A DNA stretch of 63,477 nt, counting the filler, from Octopus bimaculoides (lineage: Eukaryota): the NCBI RefSeq assembly GCF_001194135.2. It is 5 parts of 5 records of this genome, joined end to end, with 100 filler letters (N's around TTAATTAATTAA, not from the genome) between each part and the next. Parts side by side here need not be neighbours in the genome. Positions count along the whole stretch, not along the records: positions 23,427 to 37,534 come from NC_068987.1; positions 37,635 to 43,274 come from NC_068984.1; positions 43,375 to 54,786 come from NC_069007.1; 2 more parts are not named here. One strand, 5' to 3'. The translations under genes were made by a program, and so were the position numbers. The notes below the pieces were generated by a model that was given only the letters and a program-made list of their open reading frames with translations, searched no databases and was not told the origin of the DNA. This document shows positions 36,133-48,672 of the stretch, one piece after another. Every line of letters starts with the position of its first letter. Positions within the stretch are counted from its first letter, which is position 1.

Positions 36133-36980
36133 CAGGGTGCGGTGAATAAACTGTCGTCTAAATTATGCATTTTAACAGATATATTTGCCAAAATTACATA
36201 AAAAATATCTTGAAATACTAAAGCGTAAATTTATTCAATAAAATCATTATTGGCTTCAATCATAACCTCCAGACGACTTTGGAATCTCCTGCAACTCTTT
36301 TGGACGGTCTCCTTGTTCAAGGTTGTAAATGTCACCCTAATTCTTGCCTTCAGTTCATCCTTGGTGTTACAAGGAGTTTCATTGGTCTCTCGCTCAACTG
36401 CACCCCACACATAATAATCAAGAGGGTTGCAGTCTGGAGAGTTAGATGGCCAGATGTTAAGGGTGATGTGGTCGCAGAAATTGTCTGACGGCCATGACTG
36501 GTTCCTCCTGTTTATGTGGCATGGTGCAGAGTCCTGTTGCCAGACATAGGGTCTTCCAGCAATTACCCTCTTGACCCAGAGCAGCACTACCTCCTCTAGG
36601 CACTTGATATAGGCCTCCGTGTTGAGACCGTGTGGAGAGATGAATGGAAGCATACGTCGCCGTTACTAGTGATCACTCCAAACACCATGACGTTGACTGG
36701 ATGTTTGATTTTTATCAATCTTGGTACGTGTCAGCAGAATGCACTGTCCTCAGATTGACACCCAGACACTCTGAAATGTTCGTATTGGAGCTTACGGTGC
36801 GAATGGCAAACATGTCGTTTCCAAATTTCTGGCAAAGCGAATTCCATCATGGTGCTCTTTTTCTCACAGATGGTGCCCAACTGACCCAACTATACTGTGT
36901 AGTCAACAAAATAAAAACAAACAATGCGCATGCACGAAATTAAAGCTATAAGATCGTGACAATTTACCCATCGCACCCTG
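36133..36980 (-). mobile_element. Tc1/mariner DD37D (maT-type) internally deleted transposon with both TIRs
   Basis: TA TSDs; TIRs CAGGGTGCG(G/A)TG(AA/GG)TAAA(C/T)TGTC; ORF VWQQDSAPCH..WPSNSPDCNPLDY with 37 residues between the last two Asp; N-terminus joined directly to KHPVNVMVFGVI. Confidence 0.92.
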
Positions 36981-37008
36981 TATGTATGTATGTATGTATG
37001 TATGTATG

Positions 37009-37073
<65 letters not shown>

Positions 37074-37296
37074 CCGTGTTTTGTGTCTGAATGCATATAC
37101 ACACGTACGTACATATATGTGCCTATATAATTTTATACATACACACATACAGACACGCGCACACACACACAGAGACATACATATATGCATGTATATGTAT
37201 ATGTAAAAAGGGATGTAATGTATGAACGTGTGCGAACTAATATGTGTATGAGTACATACGCACACATACGTGTGCATGGGCATGTTTGTGCATATG

Positions 37297-37341
<45 letters not shown>

Positions 37342-37534
37342 CAAGAAATGAGGGCAGGAATCGTCTTGTATATTTTATATTTGATATCTCTAAGTTAGAT
37401 AGTTAAACCGTAATCCCTCCACACGGAACTTTTTTTCATACGGGACTATTTGTGGCGCACATGGAATGGATTTCTTTGGGGTGGGATGCCTGAACTCGCT
37501 GGCCGATGAATTCGTAAGTGCCTTTCTTATCGTT

Positions 37535-37634
37535 NNNNNNNNNNNNNNNNNNNNNNNNNNNNNNNNNNNNNNNNNNNNTTAATTAATTAANNNNNNNNNN
37601 NNNNNNNNNNNNNNNNNNNNNNNNNNNNNNNNNN
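37535..37634. other. Assembly join with six-frame stop linker
   Basis: 44 N + TTAATTAATTAA + 44 N. Confidence 0.95.
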
Positions 37635-38014
37635 TATATATATATATACACAGACAGTTCTACACACAGACAGACAATGCATTCCTAGAGGGGGGAAATT
37701 TTTCTTCTAATTTCGAGAAGATAGGAAAAGTATCGGCACCATAGGCAACATCAGCCATCCGAAATGACTATTTCGGTAAATATGATCGGTGAAAACCTAT
37801 CTGCTATCATGGAAGAAGAAGGAGTCGTAATGTTTTGACAAGAGACCGTATTTAAACACCAGCACCACCTCTGCGTCTTTCTCTCTGTCTGTCTGTCTCT
37901 GTCAGTCTGTCTCTGTCAGTCTGTCTGTTTCTCATCATTTTCTCTCAATCATACATATTGCCAGTTCGTTGATGAATGATATTTTGCGATATCCACATGT
38001 GTGTCTGTACATAT

Positions 38015-38215
38015 ATTCTTTTATTCTTTTACTTGTTTCAATCATTTGGCTACGGCCATGCCGCAACACCGCCTTTAGTCGAACATAATCGACCCTCCAG
38101 GAACTTATTCTTTGTGAGCCTAGTACTTATTCTATCGCTCTCTCCTTTCCGAACCGCTAATTTACGGGGACGTAAACACACCAGTTCTCAAGCGACGGTG
38201 GGGGGATAAACACAG

Positions 38216-38263
<48 letters not shown>

Positions 38264-38425
38264 GACGGGCTTCTTTCAGTTTCCATCTACCAAATTCACT
38301 CACAAGGCGTTGGTCGGCCCGAGGCTATAGTAGAAGACACTTGCCCAAGGTGCCACGCACTGGGACTGAACCCGGAACTATGTGGTTGGGAAGCAAGCTA
38401 CTTATCACACAGCCACTCCTGCGCC
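38015..38425 (-). mobile_element. SINE type A, full length
   Basis: Complete consensus motifs. Confidence 0.9.
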
Positions 38426-38639
38426 TCTGTTATTAGAAATTATACAAAACACAGTACTATATGCATAGACATAAAAGCATTTGAAGAAAGATATGTTAGA
38501 GAATAAATAAGAGCCGCAATGTTATATAACAGGGTACGTTCTTAGCCCAAAAGATTATGACTGCTGTGTGAGGGGTGGTGAAATGGGAGTTACTAGGAAG
38601 GTGAGGGACACTATCTTTTATCTCTTAGTTCATTATTAT

Positions 38640-39310
38640 CATCTTCTTGAGGGAACGAAGAACCGAAATTGTTTCACGTTTATGGCGCACCATCTTTTTA
38701 CCGATCTCCTCTCACGAAGTGAGCTTCTTGTAAACGTCTCTTGCAATTTTTGATACCTTCACGATTAGGCCTGTTATGAACAAAACTTGTAGACCTTTCT
38801 ATATAAGTGCTGACTTTCTAGCAATATTTTTTGTCATCAATTTAAGAGTTGGTGAGATTTCCGTATTTTCATCTTTTTTCTCTCAACTTCCTCTTGTTCA
38901 AGTAACATCAACAAGTTATCTAAACTTTTTTCTAAGGAACACAAGTAACTCGAACACATTATCCCCTATGACTTGTTCAAATCCTACATCATTTACAATT
39001 GTCGCAAAACTTTCCGAATTTGATGTAGAATTTCTGCTTGTGGAACAGTCTGTCCATATATTTTTATAAGTACCATCCAAAGACGAATGTTCCGCTTCAT
39101 TTCGTCCACAGCATCTATTATTTGTTGAACTTCCTCCCGGAATCTCTAACAATAAGTTTGTATTTTCTCTCTGAATTGTTTCAGAAGTTGGCTGGAGCGA
39201 AGAGGTTGTACTCTTTTGAGATATATTCTACTCCCATATTATCAGAAATCTCATTAAGTTCACTGAGTGACCAGGTGCATTGTTTAAAAGGAGTCATGCT
39301 TGCTTGGAAA
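38640..39310 (-). mobile_element. Tigger/pogo transposase C-terminal relic
   Basis: LLLNNAPGHSVNL..STTSSLQP (LLLDNAPGH..TTSLLQP motif); VGFEQVIGDNVFELL; LLEQEE; PNRE. Confidence 0.75.
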
Positions 39311-40211
39311 TATTGTATCTGGCACTAAACCATTTTACAGCAGAACAAAATATGTTTGTAAACAACTGAGTGAGTGAGGTAGCTCGTGTCAGTTCCACAG
39401 TTCGTGTGTGGATAGTTCAAATTTGGAGTTCAAAGCTTACAGTTCGAGTTAGCGTGTTGGATTGTTGGTTCTTAAAAGACAGTCGTTACGTTCGGCGTGG
39501 TTACTGCCGTTTGTTTCGATTATATTGTTATTACACTGTTGCAGCGTATTCGTTTATCCATAAGGATATAACATCTGGCGACGAGGATCGTTCGAAACTC
39601 ACATTGGTTATTTGAAAATTTCTGTGTCATGAAAAACCTATTAGACGCAGTAGAACAGCTTTAAGAGAAGCAACAGGAACAACTACAGGAGTTGCAAAAA
39701 CGAATACAACAACAACAACAACAATAATCAATTGAGTTATAGTCGGTGAAGTCCGAAAATCCAGTAGGCTCGTTTATCCAGTAATCATTAGAAAGTCGGA
39801 AAATTGCCTTGCTGTATTTGTTTCGGATCTTTACCTTCTCAGTTCAAATCAACTTTGCTTTCCATTCTTTTTATGGTCAAGAACTGGGATCTGTCTAACC
39901 TGATCTGAATGTAATTAGAAATATGAATCACTCCGTGCTGGAGGCGCAAAAAGCAATTTTTTTTTTCTGAAATCATTGCTACTAACTTGCTCTCAATTAG
40001 ACAAAAAAAGTACATTCTATTTTTTTAATTCCTTTTGTCTCAGTATTAAATATTTGTTTGAATTTTTCCGTAAGCTTGTTGTCATCGTCATTGTTATTGC
40101 TTCTGTTGATGCTGTTGTTGTTTCTGTTGTGTAGTTTTGCCTGTGTCGGTACCCACGACACAGCCATACATGCGCAGTCACTTACATTCTGTTTTTATCA
40201 TTTCTTTCCAG

Positions 40212-40408
40212 ATTATTTCGAAGCGAAGATGCCCAAAGTCGATGTGGATCAGGTGATGGTGTTAATGCCCGAGGATTGGGAGAGGATCCAGTATGAGTTA
40301 CATATGAGGGAAATAGAAGCGGAGAAAATCAAAATATTGAAGAAAAATAAAGAAGAGATTGCGGAAAAATCAAAAAAATTTGTTCAACACTGGCCCAACA
40401 CATTAGCA
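40212..40408 (+). CDS. CFAP210: Cilia- and flagella-associated protein 210 (CCDC173) orthologue, exon A (ATG at 40229)
   Basis: tttctttccag acceptor, GTAAGT donor; MPKVDVDQVMVLMPEDWERIQYEL..SKKFVQHWPNTLA matches the recalled CFAP210 N-terminus (KVDLQQVTII..EWKRIQ..VVKHWTNT). Confidence 0.85.
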
Positions 40409-41355
40409 GTAAGTGATACATTCTGTGATATTGCTCAAAATCTGGCGAGATGCTGGGTAAAATTCTATCCTGCGAAGCAGTTTATTCCTTTTTCAATGTT
40501 TCTTCAAGACTTCGTTAGTGGAGGGAAGTAACTCTCATGATTTTGTTAAGGCTTCCGAAACTGGTGAGATGGAGTGCCGAAGAGTTTCCACAGACCCGAA
40601 ACCTTCCTCAGACATTTACAGCTGAATGGACTCCATTAAAGTGTCCCAAGATGGTGCAATATCGTGTAAATATGCACGTGAATAAGTATACATTTATATA
40701 TATATATAAAACAAAGTTATTTTATTCCACACGGGTAGAAGTATAGGGAAAATAAACGTTGAAAATGCGCTGAGAATAGTTATAATATTCTTTATTATTA
40801 TGTTTAAAGCTTTAACCGGTTTCACAGTTTACACTAATTTTCAAAACATTCAAATAGAGAGGCGTGGATTATGTCGCAGCTGTTTTGTTTCTGACTGGTA
40901 TTTGAAGCTTATGGCTCTATAAGTATTCTACTTCATTGTTCTGTATAATACCTTCTTATATAACGCATTCTATGATTATACTTTATTCTGTATAATATAT
41001 TCGCGCATGGTGTACTCTATTGCATTTTTTGTAAAGTACATTCTTATATATTGTTTTCTGTTCTGTCTTTGTTAAATGAGATTTATCAGAGAATGATTTA
41101 CCACAGATATCACAGTGGCATGATTCCTCTCCTGTGTGAATTTTGTTTGTATTGGAGTAGGTCGCTACTTCCAGTAGAAAGTTTACCAGAAATATATCAG
41201 TGGTGTTTCTTCTTTCCTGTATTAATATGCTTTCCCGAAAGATTTATAGGTGTGTGTGGTTGTGTGCACGCGAGCGGGCGGTGAGTATCGTCATGGTGAT
41301 TCTGTTAAGTATAATAATGTTGCTGATAAGGAACGTGGTGTTTATGTCACTTTAG

Positions 41356-41529
41356 AGTCTCCGCCAGAAGAAAATCGAAGACTTCAAACGTAAACAACTG
41401 ATGGAAGAGGAGGAGAAGAAACAAAAGGACATTGAATGGGCCGAGTACCAAGCAGAAGTAAGGAAGAATGCCATTGCAGAAGCCAAGAAAAAAATGTACT
41501 TCCAGACAGATCGCATCAAAGGTTTGCAT
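41356..41529 (+). CDS. CFAP210: CFAP210 orthologue, exon B
   Basis: cactttag acceptor, GTGAGT donor, phase 0-0; SLRQKKIE..RKNAIAEAKKKMYFQTDRIKGLH versus recalled RKKAIENAK..FYQTERVKNFH. Confidence 0.9.
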
Positions 41530-42205
41530 GTGAGTAGTTGTGTCCTCTCACGTTTCCGTGTCTGGGCTGGTTTTCATTGTGGGTGTCGGGAAATGGACCT
41601 GGTTCTTGGTTTAAGCTTTGCAGATGCATGTGAATGCATAAACGATGACAGGTGATTGACTGTATGTGAATGATTAAACTGAGATAAGGTGATTAAGATC
41701 GGATGAATGAAGCACTGTGTGTTGAGGTCAAGGACTAGTTGAGTAGACCAGGTGCTTGTAAATTAATACGAACATACATACATACACACATGTATATATA
41801 TATATATNNNNNNNNNNNNNNNNNNNNNNNNNNNNNNNNNNNNNNNNNNNNNNNNNNNNNNNNNNNNNNTACAATGTGTGTGTGTTGTTTATCATTATAG
41901 TGCTAGTTATGGCAAGTAACCAGTTAGAAAAAGCTACCAACGGTTTTCTACCGGCTGTAGCAACTGGCAATATTGACGTCTCCTCAGACATGCTGACCGT
42001 TTTTGTGAATATACAGTCCTAAGTGACATAACATTATCCGGGAGTGAAGGAAGAGTTTCCTCCAATGATAATAATTTAGCTGTGGCCGAAGGTGGATATG
42101 TGTACCTATGAAATTATGGGCCAAAATAAACAACTGTAACTAATCCACCTATTGAGTCTTTTACGTCTTTTACGTCTTATGTTATTTCAATATTACTAAA
42201 AACAT

Positions 42206-42412
42206 AAGGAGGTGAGCCGGCAGAATCGTTAGCACGCCGGTAAAAATGTTTGGCGGCATTCCGTCTTTACGTTCTTAGTTCAAATGCTTCTGCAGTCAAT
42301 TTTGCTTTTCATCCTTTTGGGGTCGATACCAGTTGAACACTGGGATCTATATCCTCGACTTACTCCCTCCCCCAAATCGCTGGCGTTGTGCCAAAATTTG
42401 AAATCAGTATTA
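42206..42412 (+). mobile_element. SINE type C (intronic)
   Basis: Consensus motifs. Confidence 0.82.
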
Positions 42413-42656
42413 CTAAAAACATTTATCATATATGTATTTGCGTGTGTGAATGTGGGGCAGGGCATTCAAAACTCTATGAATGTTGGTCTCGTACCCGTAA
42501 TTCATGAAGATTAATTCAGTCACTTGGATGGCCGTTTCCTACATAAAGAATAAATTTTGTCTTGAATTGGTAAATGTTGGCGATTTGTCGGTTCCTTTCT
42601 TGCTGAACCAGTCCACATGCTCCTATTTATTTCCTAGTTTTTGTTTTTGATTCCAG

Positions 42657-42862
42657 CGAGGTTTTCAGTTTTCTGAAACTCTGAGAGAGAGAGAAGAACA
42701 AATAAAAATGAAGAATTTACAGAAGGAAACTGCAAGACTGCGGGCGGAGATGAGTTACAAGGAATTAATGAAAGAGAATGAAGAGATGGAAAAGATGGAA
42801 CAGAAGAAGCAAGATAATAGAAAGAAGGCCGTGATGGAGCAGATTGAAAATCTTAAAGCCAA
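42657..42862 (+). CDS. CFAP210: CFAP210 orthologue, exon C (coiled coil, TPH-like)
   Basis: ttttgattccag acceptor, GTAAGA donor (phase 2); RGFQFSETLREREEQIKMK..EQIENLKA continues the frame of exon B. Confidence 0.87.
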
Positions 42863-42949
42863 GTAAGACATACGCACAATTTCTGTGTTGGGTCCCTAAC
42901 AACTACTTTACAGGCATTTATAGTTTTCTACATAGAAGTACATGTATTT

Positions 42950-43274
42950 ATTTATGTATGTATGAATGTATGTATGTATGTATGTATGTATGTATGTATG
43001 TATGAATGTATGTATGAATGTATGTATGAATGTATGTATGTATGTATGAATGTATGTATGAATGTATGTATGTATGTATGAATGTATGTATGTATGTATG
43101 TATGAATGTATGTATGTATGTATGAATGTATGTATGTATGTATGAATGTATGTATGAATGTATGAATGTATGTATGTATGTATGAATGTATATATGTATG
43201 TATGTATGAATGTATGTATGTATGAATGTATGTATGAATGTATGTATGTATGTATGAATGTATGTATGTATGTA
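42950..43274. repeat. Long (TATG)n array interrupted by TGAA units
   Basis: Directly visible. Confidence 0.97.
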
Positions 43275-43374
43275 NNNNNNNNNNNNNNNNNNNNNNNNNN
43301 NNNNNNNNNNNNNNNNNNTTAATTAATTAANNNNNNNNNNNNNNNNNNNNNNNNNNNNNNNNNNNNNNNNNNNN
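43275..43374. other. Assembly join with six-frame stop linker
   Basis: 44 N + TTAATTAATTAA + 44 N. Confidence 0.95.
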
Positions 43375-43700
43375 TCATCATCATCGTTTAACGTCCGCCT
43401 TCCATGCTAGCACAGGTTGGACGATTTGACTGAGGACTAGCGAACCAGAAGGCTGCACCAGGCTCCAATCTGATCTGGTAGAGTTTCTACAGCTGGATGC
43501 TCTTCCTAATGCCAACCACTTTGAGAGTGCAGTGGGTGTTTTTACGTGCCACTGGCATGAGGGCCAGTCACACGGTACTGGCAACAGCCATGTTGAAAGT
43601 GGTGTATTTTACATGCTACCTGCACAGGAGCCAGTCCAGCGGCACTGGCATTGATCACGCTCAGACGGTGCTCTTAGCGCTCCATTGGTATAGGTGCCAG
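43375..43700 (-). mobile_element. Retroposon type D with (TGA)n tail (RTE-like 3' end)
   Basis: gcatccagctgtagaaactct..tcaaatcgtccaacc..atggaaggcggacgttaaacgatgatga; copies at 45628 and 54590. Confidence 0.78.
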
Positions 43701-44134
43701 TCATCGAATTTGGTTCAAGTATACACATATATGTATGTACATACATACACACGCACACACACACACACACACACATGCTAATTTCAAAATGAAGTTTTCT
43801 CTCTAAAAAAAGCTATAACAAGGAAATGAATCTAAGCTCATTTCTTCAATTTGTCTCTGGTTAAAATGCTCATACATACACACCCACACATACACACCCA
43901 CACATACACTCCTACACATACACAAACACACGAAGAAACAAAAGTATTATTTAAATTCGTTATAATAGAAAAGTTTAATTACTTCTTAAGTCTTAATTAC
44001 TTAAAAACAGAAACGATGTTCATAGATTAGTCAAGATTAAATTAATCCGAGCCAACATAATGAATTAAGAAATTCTTCGAAACACAAATGTAAATGCTTC
44101 TTAAGCTTTAACCAATTTTAGAGCTAATTTTGTA

Positions 44135-45030
44135 ACATTAACTGGATACAAGAGAAACCACACTTTTGATACGAGAACTAATATCCAACTGGATAAGATG
44201 CTAGTCCATTGCTATTAACATTCTCTAATAGCCAGGTAACATTCTAAGTCAAAACTGATGGTTGTTTTTAAGAGAAAAACTCTGCTACAAAAGAAGTTTC
44301 CAAAAGGAATTAGCATCCATGTGGATCCTCAGAACTGAATGGATGAGAAGGAATGTAGAAAATGGATAAAGGTAGTTTGGAATTTATGACTTGGTGGACT
44401 TTGAGAGGACAAGAGTTGGTTTATCTGGGACCAGTTCAGGGCACATTGAGAATGATGTTGTTGATAATCTCCATTCACTAAATACTGTCATAGAATTCCT
44501 GGCAGATTTGGAAATGTTTTGCAACCGATATATAAATATGTATCAATGAACCATTTAAGGACAGGAAGGTCAAGTGGAATAACTGGTTGTATGGTACAAA
44601 AAAAAAATGCATGGAAGGAAGCAATATGTGAGTGGAGGTATGTGGCTTTGTGGTTAGTATGTTCGACTTATGATTGTAAGTTTGTGGTTTCAATTCCTGG
44701 ACTGGGCAATGCATTGTGCTCTTGAGCAAAGCACTTCATTTCATGTTGCTACAGTCCATTCAGCTGGTAAAAATGAGTGACCCTGAGATGGACTGGTGTC
44801 TCGTCTAGAGGGGGTGGGGAGTATAAAGGCCAGAGAATCTGGGAAACTGATTCTATGAGTCTATGTCACCCAGGTTGAAGCTTTAAAGCAGTATGTGGGT
44901 TCCATTTCTGCCTCTGATCTGTGAATGGATCGTTGATTCATAGGAAGAAATATAAATGGATTCTATTGTCGAATCATTCAAGAAACATGGAATTTTGAAT
45001 GCATTGGATGACAGTATTTTGTGAGATAAC
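44135..45030 (+). mobile_element. pogo-like DDE_1 transposase relic interrupted by a SINE
   Basis: MVVFKRKTL..KFPKGISIHV..*MDEKECRKWIKVVW..GGL..WDQFRAH; IPG..VLQP; ICEWIVDS*..ESFKKHGILNALD. Confidence 0.88.
44629..44870 (+). mobile_element. SINE type E nested in the pogo relic
   Basis: tRNA-like head, ttgagcaaagcacttcatttcatgttgctacagtccattcagctggtaaaaatgagt, ccctgagatggactgg. Confidence 0.78.
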
Positions 45031-45627
45031 ATGATGAAAAAGGAATCGATGATGGGCAACTCCTGACTATGGAGAGCAAATATGATGACGAGTGATTCTC
45101 AATGTGGGGCATACACCTGACCAGTGGGGCTTGGGAGAATTGTGGTGGGGCATGGGATCCAAAATATTTTTTCTATTTTTTTTTTGTGGGAAATGAAACC
45201 GTGAAAATCTTTTCTTTCTCAGCAAACATATTCTACCTATATTCATCCTAGCCAAACCAATCCCTCCAGCCAAGCAGACTGTGTGAAGACTGTTTGCTCT
45301 CTAGTATGGAGCTATTTTGATGCCCTGGTGTGGATATTTCTTTAAGGAAAGTATATAAGTATGAAATTGTTGTGGAATGAACTGACACCTCTGCACGTGA
45401 CTGTCAGTGGACTGGATGAGTCTTTTAAATAGAACGAACTAGTAGACAGGTGAGGTCGAATTGTGAGAGTTAGTCCCATTGTTGATTCTGTATTGGAATA
45501 TTGGAGTGTTATTATGTGAATGGTTATAATAAGATAACCAACTCTTGTTACATTGCTTATTGTTATATGGTTATATTTAGTACTGTGATATATTGTTACA
45601 CACACATCATATATCGTCACTGATGAT

Positions 45628-45805
45628 ATCATCATCATCATCATCATTTAACGTCCGCTTTCCATGCTAGCATGGGTTGGACGATTTGACTGAGGACTGG
45701 TGAAACCAGATGGCTACACCAGGCTCCAGTCTGATTTGGCAGAGTTTCTACAGCTGGATGCCCTTCCTAATGCCAGCCACTCAGAGAGTGTAGTGGGGGC
45801 TTTTA
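45628..45805 (-). mobile_element. Retroposon type D 3' fragment
   Basis: High similarity to 43375-43540. Confidence 0.8.
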
Positions 45806-46339
45806 TTCTCAAATAAGCAAGTTACCATTCTCGTATGGTCAGGTAACATTTAAAGAAAGTAAGGTTAATTTTCTCGGATAGTCAGGTAACGTGGCCGAAT
45901 TCTGAGAGGACACAGGTAAACCTGATTGATTTTTTAACATTTAATCAAACAAATGTTTAGTTAATTGGTTAAGTAGATGATAAATAAAAATTAAAGAAGT
46001 GAAATACACTCAGTGTGTGTATATATTATTATTGGCATAATGACCCTCCCAAGGTACAATAAAATATGTTTCAACACGAGTTTACGTAATGAATCTTGCA
46101 AGCCAAACTGTAATATTGTCAGAGTATAAGATAACATTTCTCAGTCGGGTAATATTATCTTCCAGTCAAGGAAAAGAATTTAAGAAATTTCTTACACATC
46201 CCCCTTTTTTCCACAGATATAAAACTGTTATCTGCACATGTTGTAGAAATATTTCCAATAGATACCTATAAGAAACCCAATTCTAGGACTTTCCAAGGTA
46301 TTAATTTCAAAGCAAAGAAATAGTTTCCAGCCAAGAATT

Positions 46340-47218
46340 CTGATGATAGAACAAAAGCTCAGGTGTTATGGAACTGATACACTACTTTTAAAGATTATAT
46401 AAAATAATTTCCTTGCCAACACCAAATGTAAATCCAGGGAAAGCTAAAACTAGATAGGGCTAGTAAAAATATTTTAGACTATCATTTCTAGCATCAAACA
46501 CACCGTTTTCCTTCTGTTGTGGAATAATAGTTTATTGGTTATCAAGTTGTTTATTGACAAAGATAATAAGCACATTCATGAATTTATGTGTTTTGATATA
46601 ATAGAATTCTATCCTGCTATACCTAAATCAGTTCTTTAAAAAGCTTTAGAATTTGGTATTAGTTATGTTCTGGTTTGTGATTTGGGTGTTATTGTTAATA
46701 TTCATGCTAGGAGTTCTTAACAATTTTACCATAATTTCTTTAGGGTTAGCTGTAATGATTGAGAATTGTTTGATGTAAGCATGGGGTTGTAAGATGAGGC
46801 TGAGGTATGTGAATCGATGGGACTGTGTATTATAAACTTAATATGAAAGAGATTATTCTCTACAGATTCTCTCATGATGATGATGATGATAATGGGCTAT
46901 TCCTTTCAATAAATGTAACCATCATCACAATAGGTGTTGTTAAGAAAGAGTTTGTCAACATATTCAAAGAGTTAGATTTAAAAATCACAGCAAGTATGAA
47001 TCAAAGTATAATTTCATTTCATAAATATAACTTTAAACAGGAATTGAGGAATACTACTCTTGTAGTAAATCAAACAAGAAAATAGTCCATTAATATAAAT
47101 TTCAACCATATCCTAAAAAGAACTTAAAAACATACACCGATTTAAGGCTCCCCAAGCTTGTCCTCTAATGAGGAATCCTTAAATTATGCTGCTCGTTATT
47201 ACAATGATGCATTAAAAG
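46340..47218 (+). mobile_element. Penelope-like element RT relic
   Basis: NFLANTKC..NPGK..SKNILD; FMCFDIIEFYPAI..KALEF; disrupted YR..DD.GL; IFKELDLKIT; LSSNEES..AARYYNDAL. Confidence 0.78.
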
Positions 47219-47233
47219 GCATTGTCAGAATAT

Positions 47234-47597
47234 GTTGGCACTCCGTCGCTTACAACGTCGAGGGTTCCAGTTGATCCGATCAACAGAACAGCCTGCTTGT
47301 GAAATTAACGTGCAAGTGGCTGAGCACTCCACAGACACGTGTACCCTTAACGTAGTTCTCGGGGATATTCAGCATGCCACAGTGTGACAAGGCTGACCCT
47401 TTGAATTACAGGCACAACAGAAACAGGAAGTAAGAGCGAGAGAAAGTTGTGGTGAAAGAGTACAGCAGGGTTTGCCACCATTCCCTGCCGGAGCCTCGTG
47501 GTGCTTTAAGTGTTTTCGCTCAATAAATACTCACAACGCCCGGTCTGGGAATCGAAACCGCGATCCTATGACCACGAGTCTGCTGCCCTAACCACTG
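47234..47597 (-). mobile_element. SINE type B, slightly 5'-truncated
   Basis: Perfect 12-bp TSD ttgtcagaatat at 47222-47233 and 47598-47609. Confidence 0.93.
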
Positions 47598-48285
47598 TTG
47601 TCAGAATATATTACACAAAGAATAATATTAATGTTCAGGTAAAAATCCCCTTCAGTCATGAATGACCATGGGATTGTGCATCGAATTTTAGTGAAGCATT
47701 TCCATATACTTACTGGGTAAAATAACTAATTCTTAAAATACTTGCTTTACTTTAAAAATGAAATACAGATTTATAATGTAAAAAGCAACAGCACAATCAT
47801 TCAGTTATTCATCAATCCATCACCATTAGGACTTTGTTAACAGCAGCTATCTTTCTTTCTGATGTATTTAACACATGTGGTCCTAAAGATACAAAAATAT
47901 TACTTGATTTTGCTTGTGAATCGATGAATCCATCATGTGGACTGCACATAACAATTGAACAGATGAATGTGCAATGCGTTTTCTAAGCTTCTTTCACCAA
48001 CCAATCAAATCTCAAAGATTAATTCAATTTTAATAAATTGAAAAGCATATTTGTTCATAAATTGTCACAATTTCATCTCAAATTAATTAGAGGAGATATT
48101 GTGTAGTTTAGCCTGCCATACATATAAATATCTCCAATCCTGGTACTGTAAAAATTGTGAATACATACAGCTTCTATTTTCAGAGTGATAAATAGATTTT
48201 AGCATGAGATTGTACATACATACATATACAAATATACACTTATATATACATTTGCACATATACATATATATATACATATACCCAT

Positions 48286-48672
48286 GGAGCGCAATGGCCC
48301 AGTGGTTAGGGCAGCAGACTCGCGGTCTTAGGATCGCGGTTTCGATTCCCAGACCGGGCGTTGTGAGTGTTTATTGAGCGAAAACACCTAAAGCTCCACG
48401 AGACTCCGGCAGGGGATGGTGGCGAACCCTGTTGTACTCTTTCACCACAACTTTCTCTCACTCTTTCTTCCTGTTTCTGTTGTGCCTGTAATTGAAAGGG
48501 TCAGCCTTGTCACACTGTTTCACGCTGAATATCCCCGAGAACTATGTTAAGGGTACACGTGTCTGTGGAGTGCTCAGCCACTTGCACATTAATTTCACGA
48601 GCAGGCTGTTCTGTTGATCGGATCAACTGGAACCCTTGACGTCGTAAGCGACGGAGTGCCAACAACAACAAC
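48286..48672 (+). mobile_element. SINE type B, full length
   Basis: A and B boxes, (CAA)n tail, TSD atacccatg at 48278-48286 and 48677-48685. Confidence 0.92.

Noticed and set aside
37403-37513. Open frame LNRNPSTRNFFSYGTICGAHGMDFFGVGCLNSLADEF ending at GTAAGT
   Set aside because: Weak acceptor, no recognisable homology, lies at a contig end.
40808-40847. Possible third hammerhead (minus strand, GAAACCGGT palindrome with a pairing stem II)
   Set aside because: The CTGANGA box is too degenerate to support.
46218-46298. + strand AG..GT segment IKLLSAHVVEIFPIDTYKKPNSRTFQ as a next CFAP210 exon
   Set aside because: Phase 1 does not match the phase-2 donor of exon C and the sequence is not coiled-coil-like.
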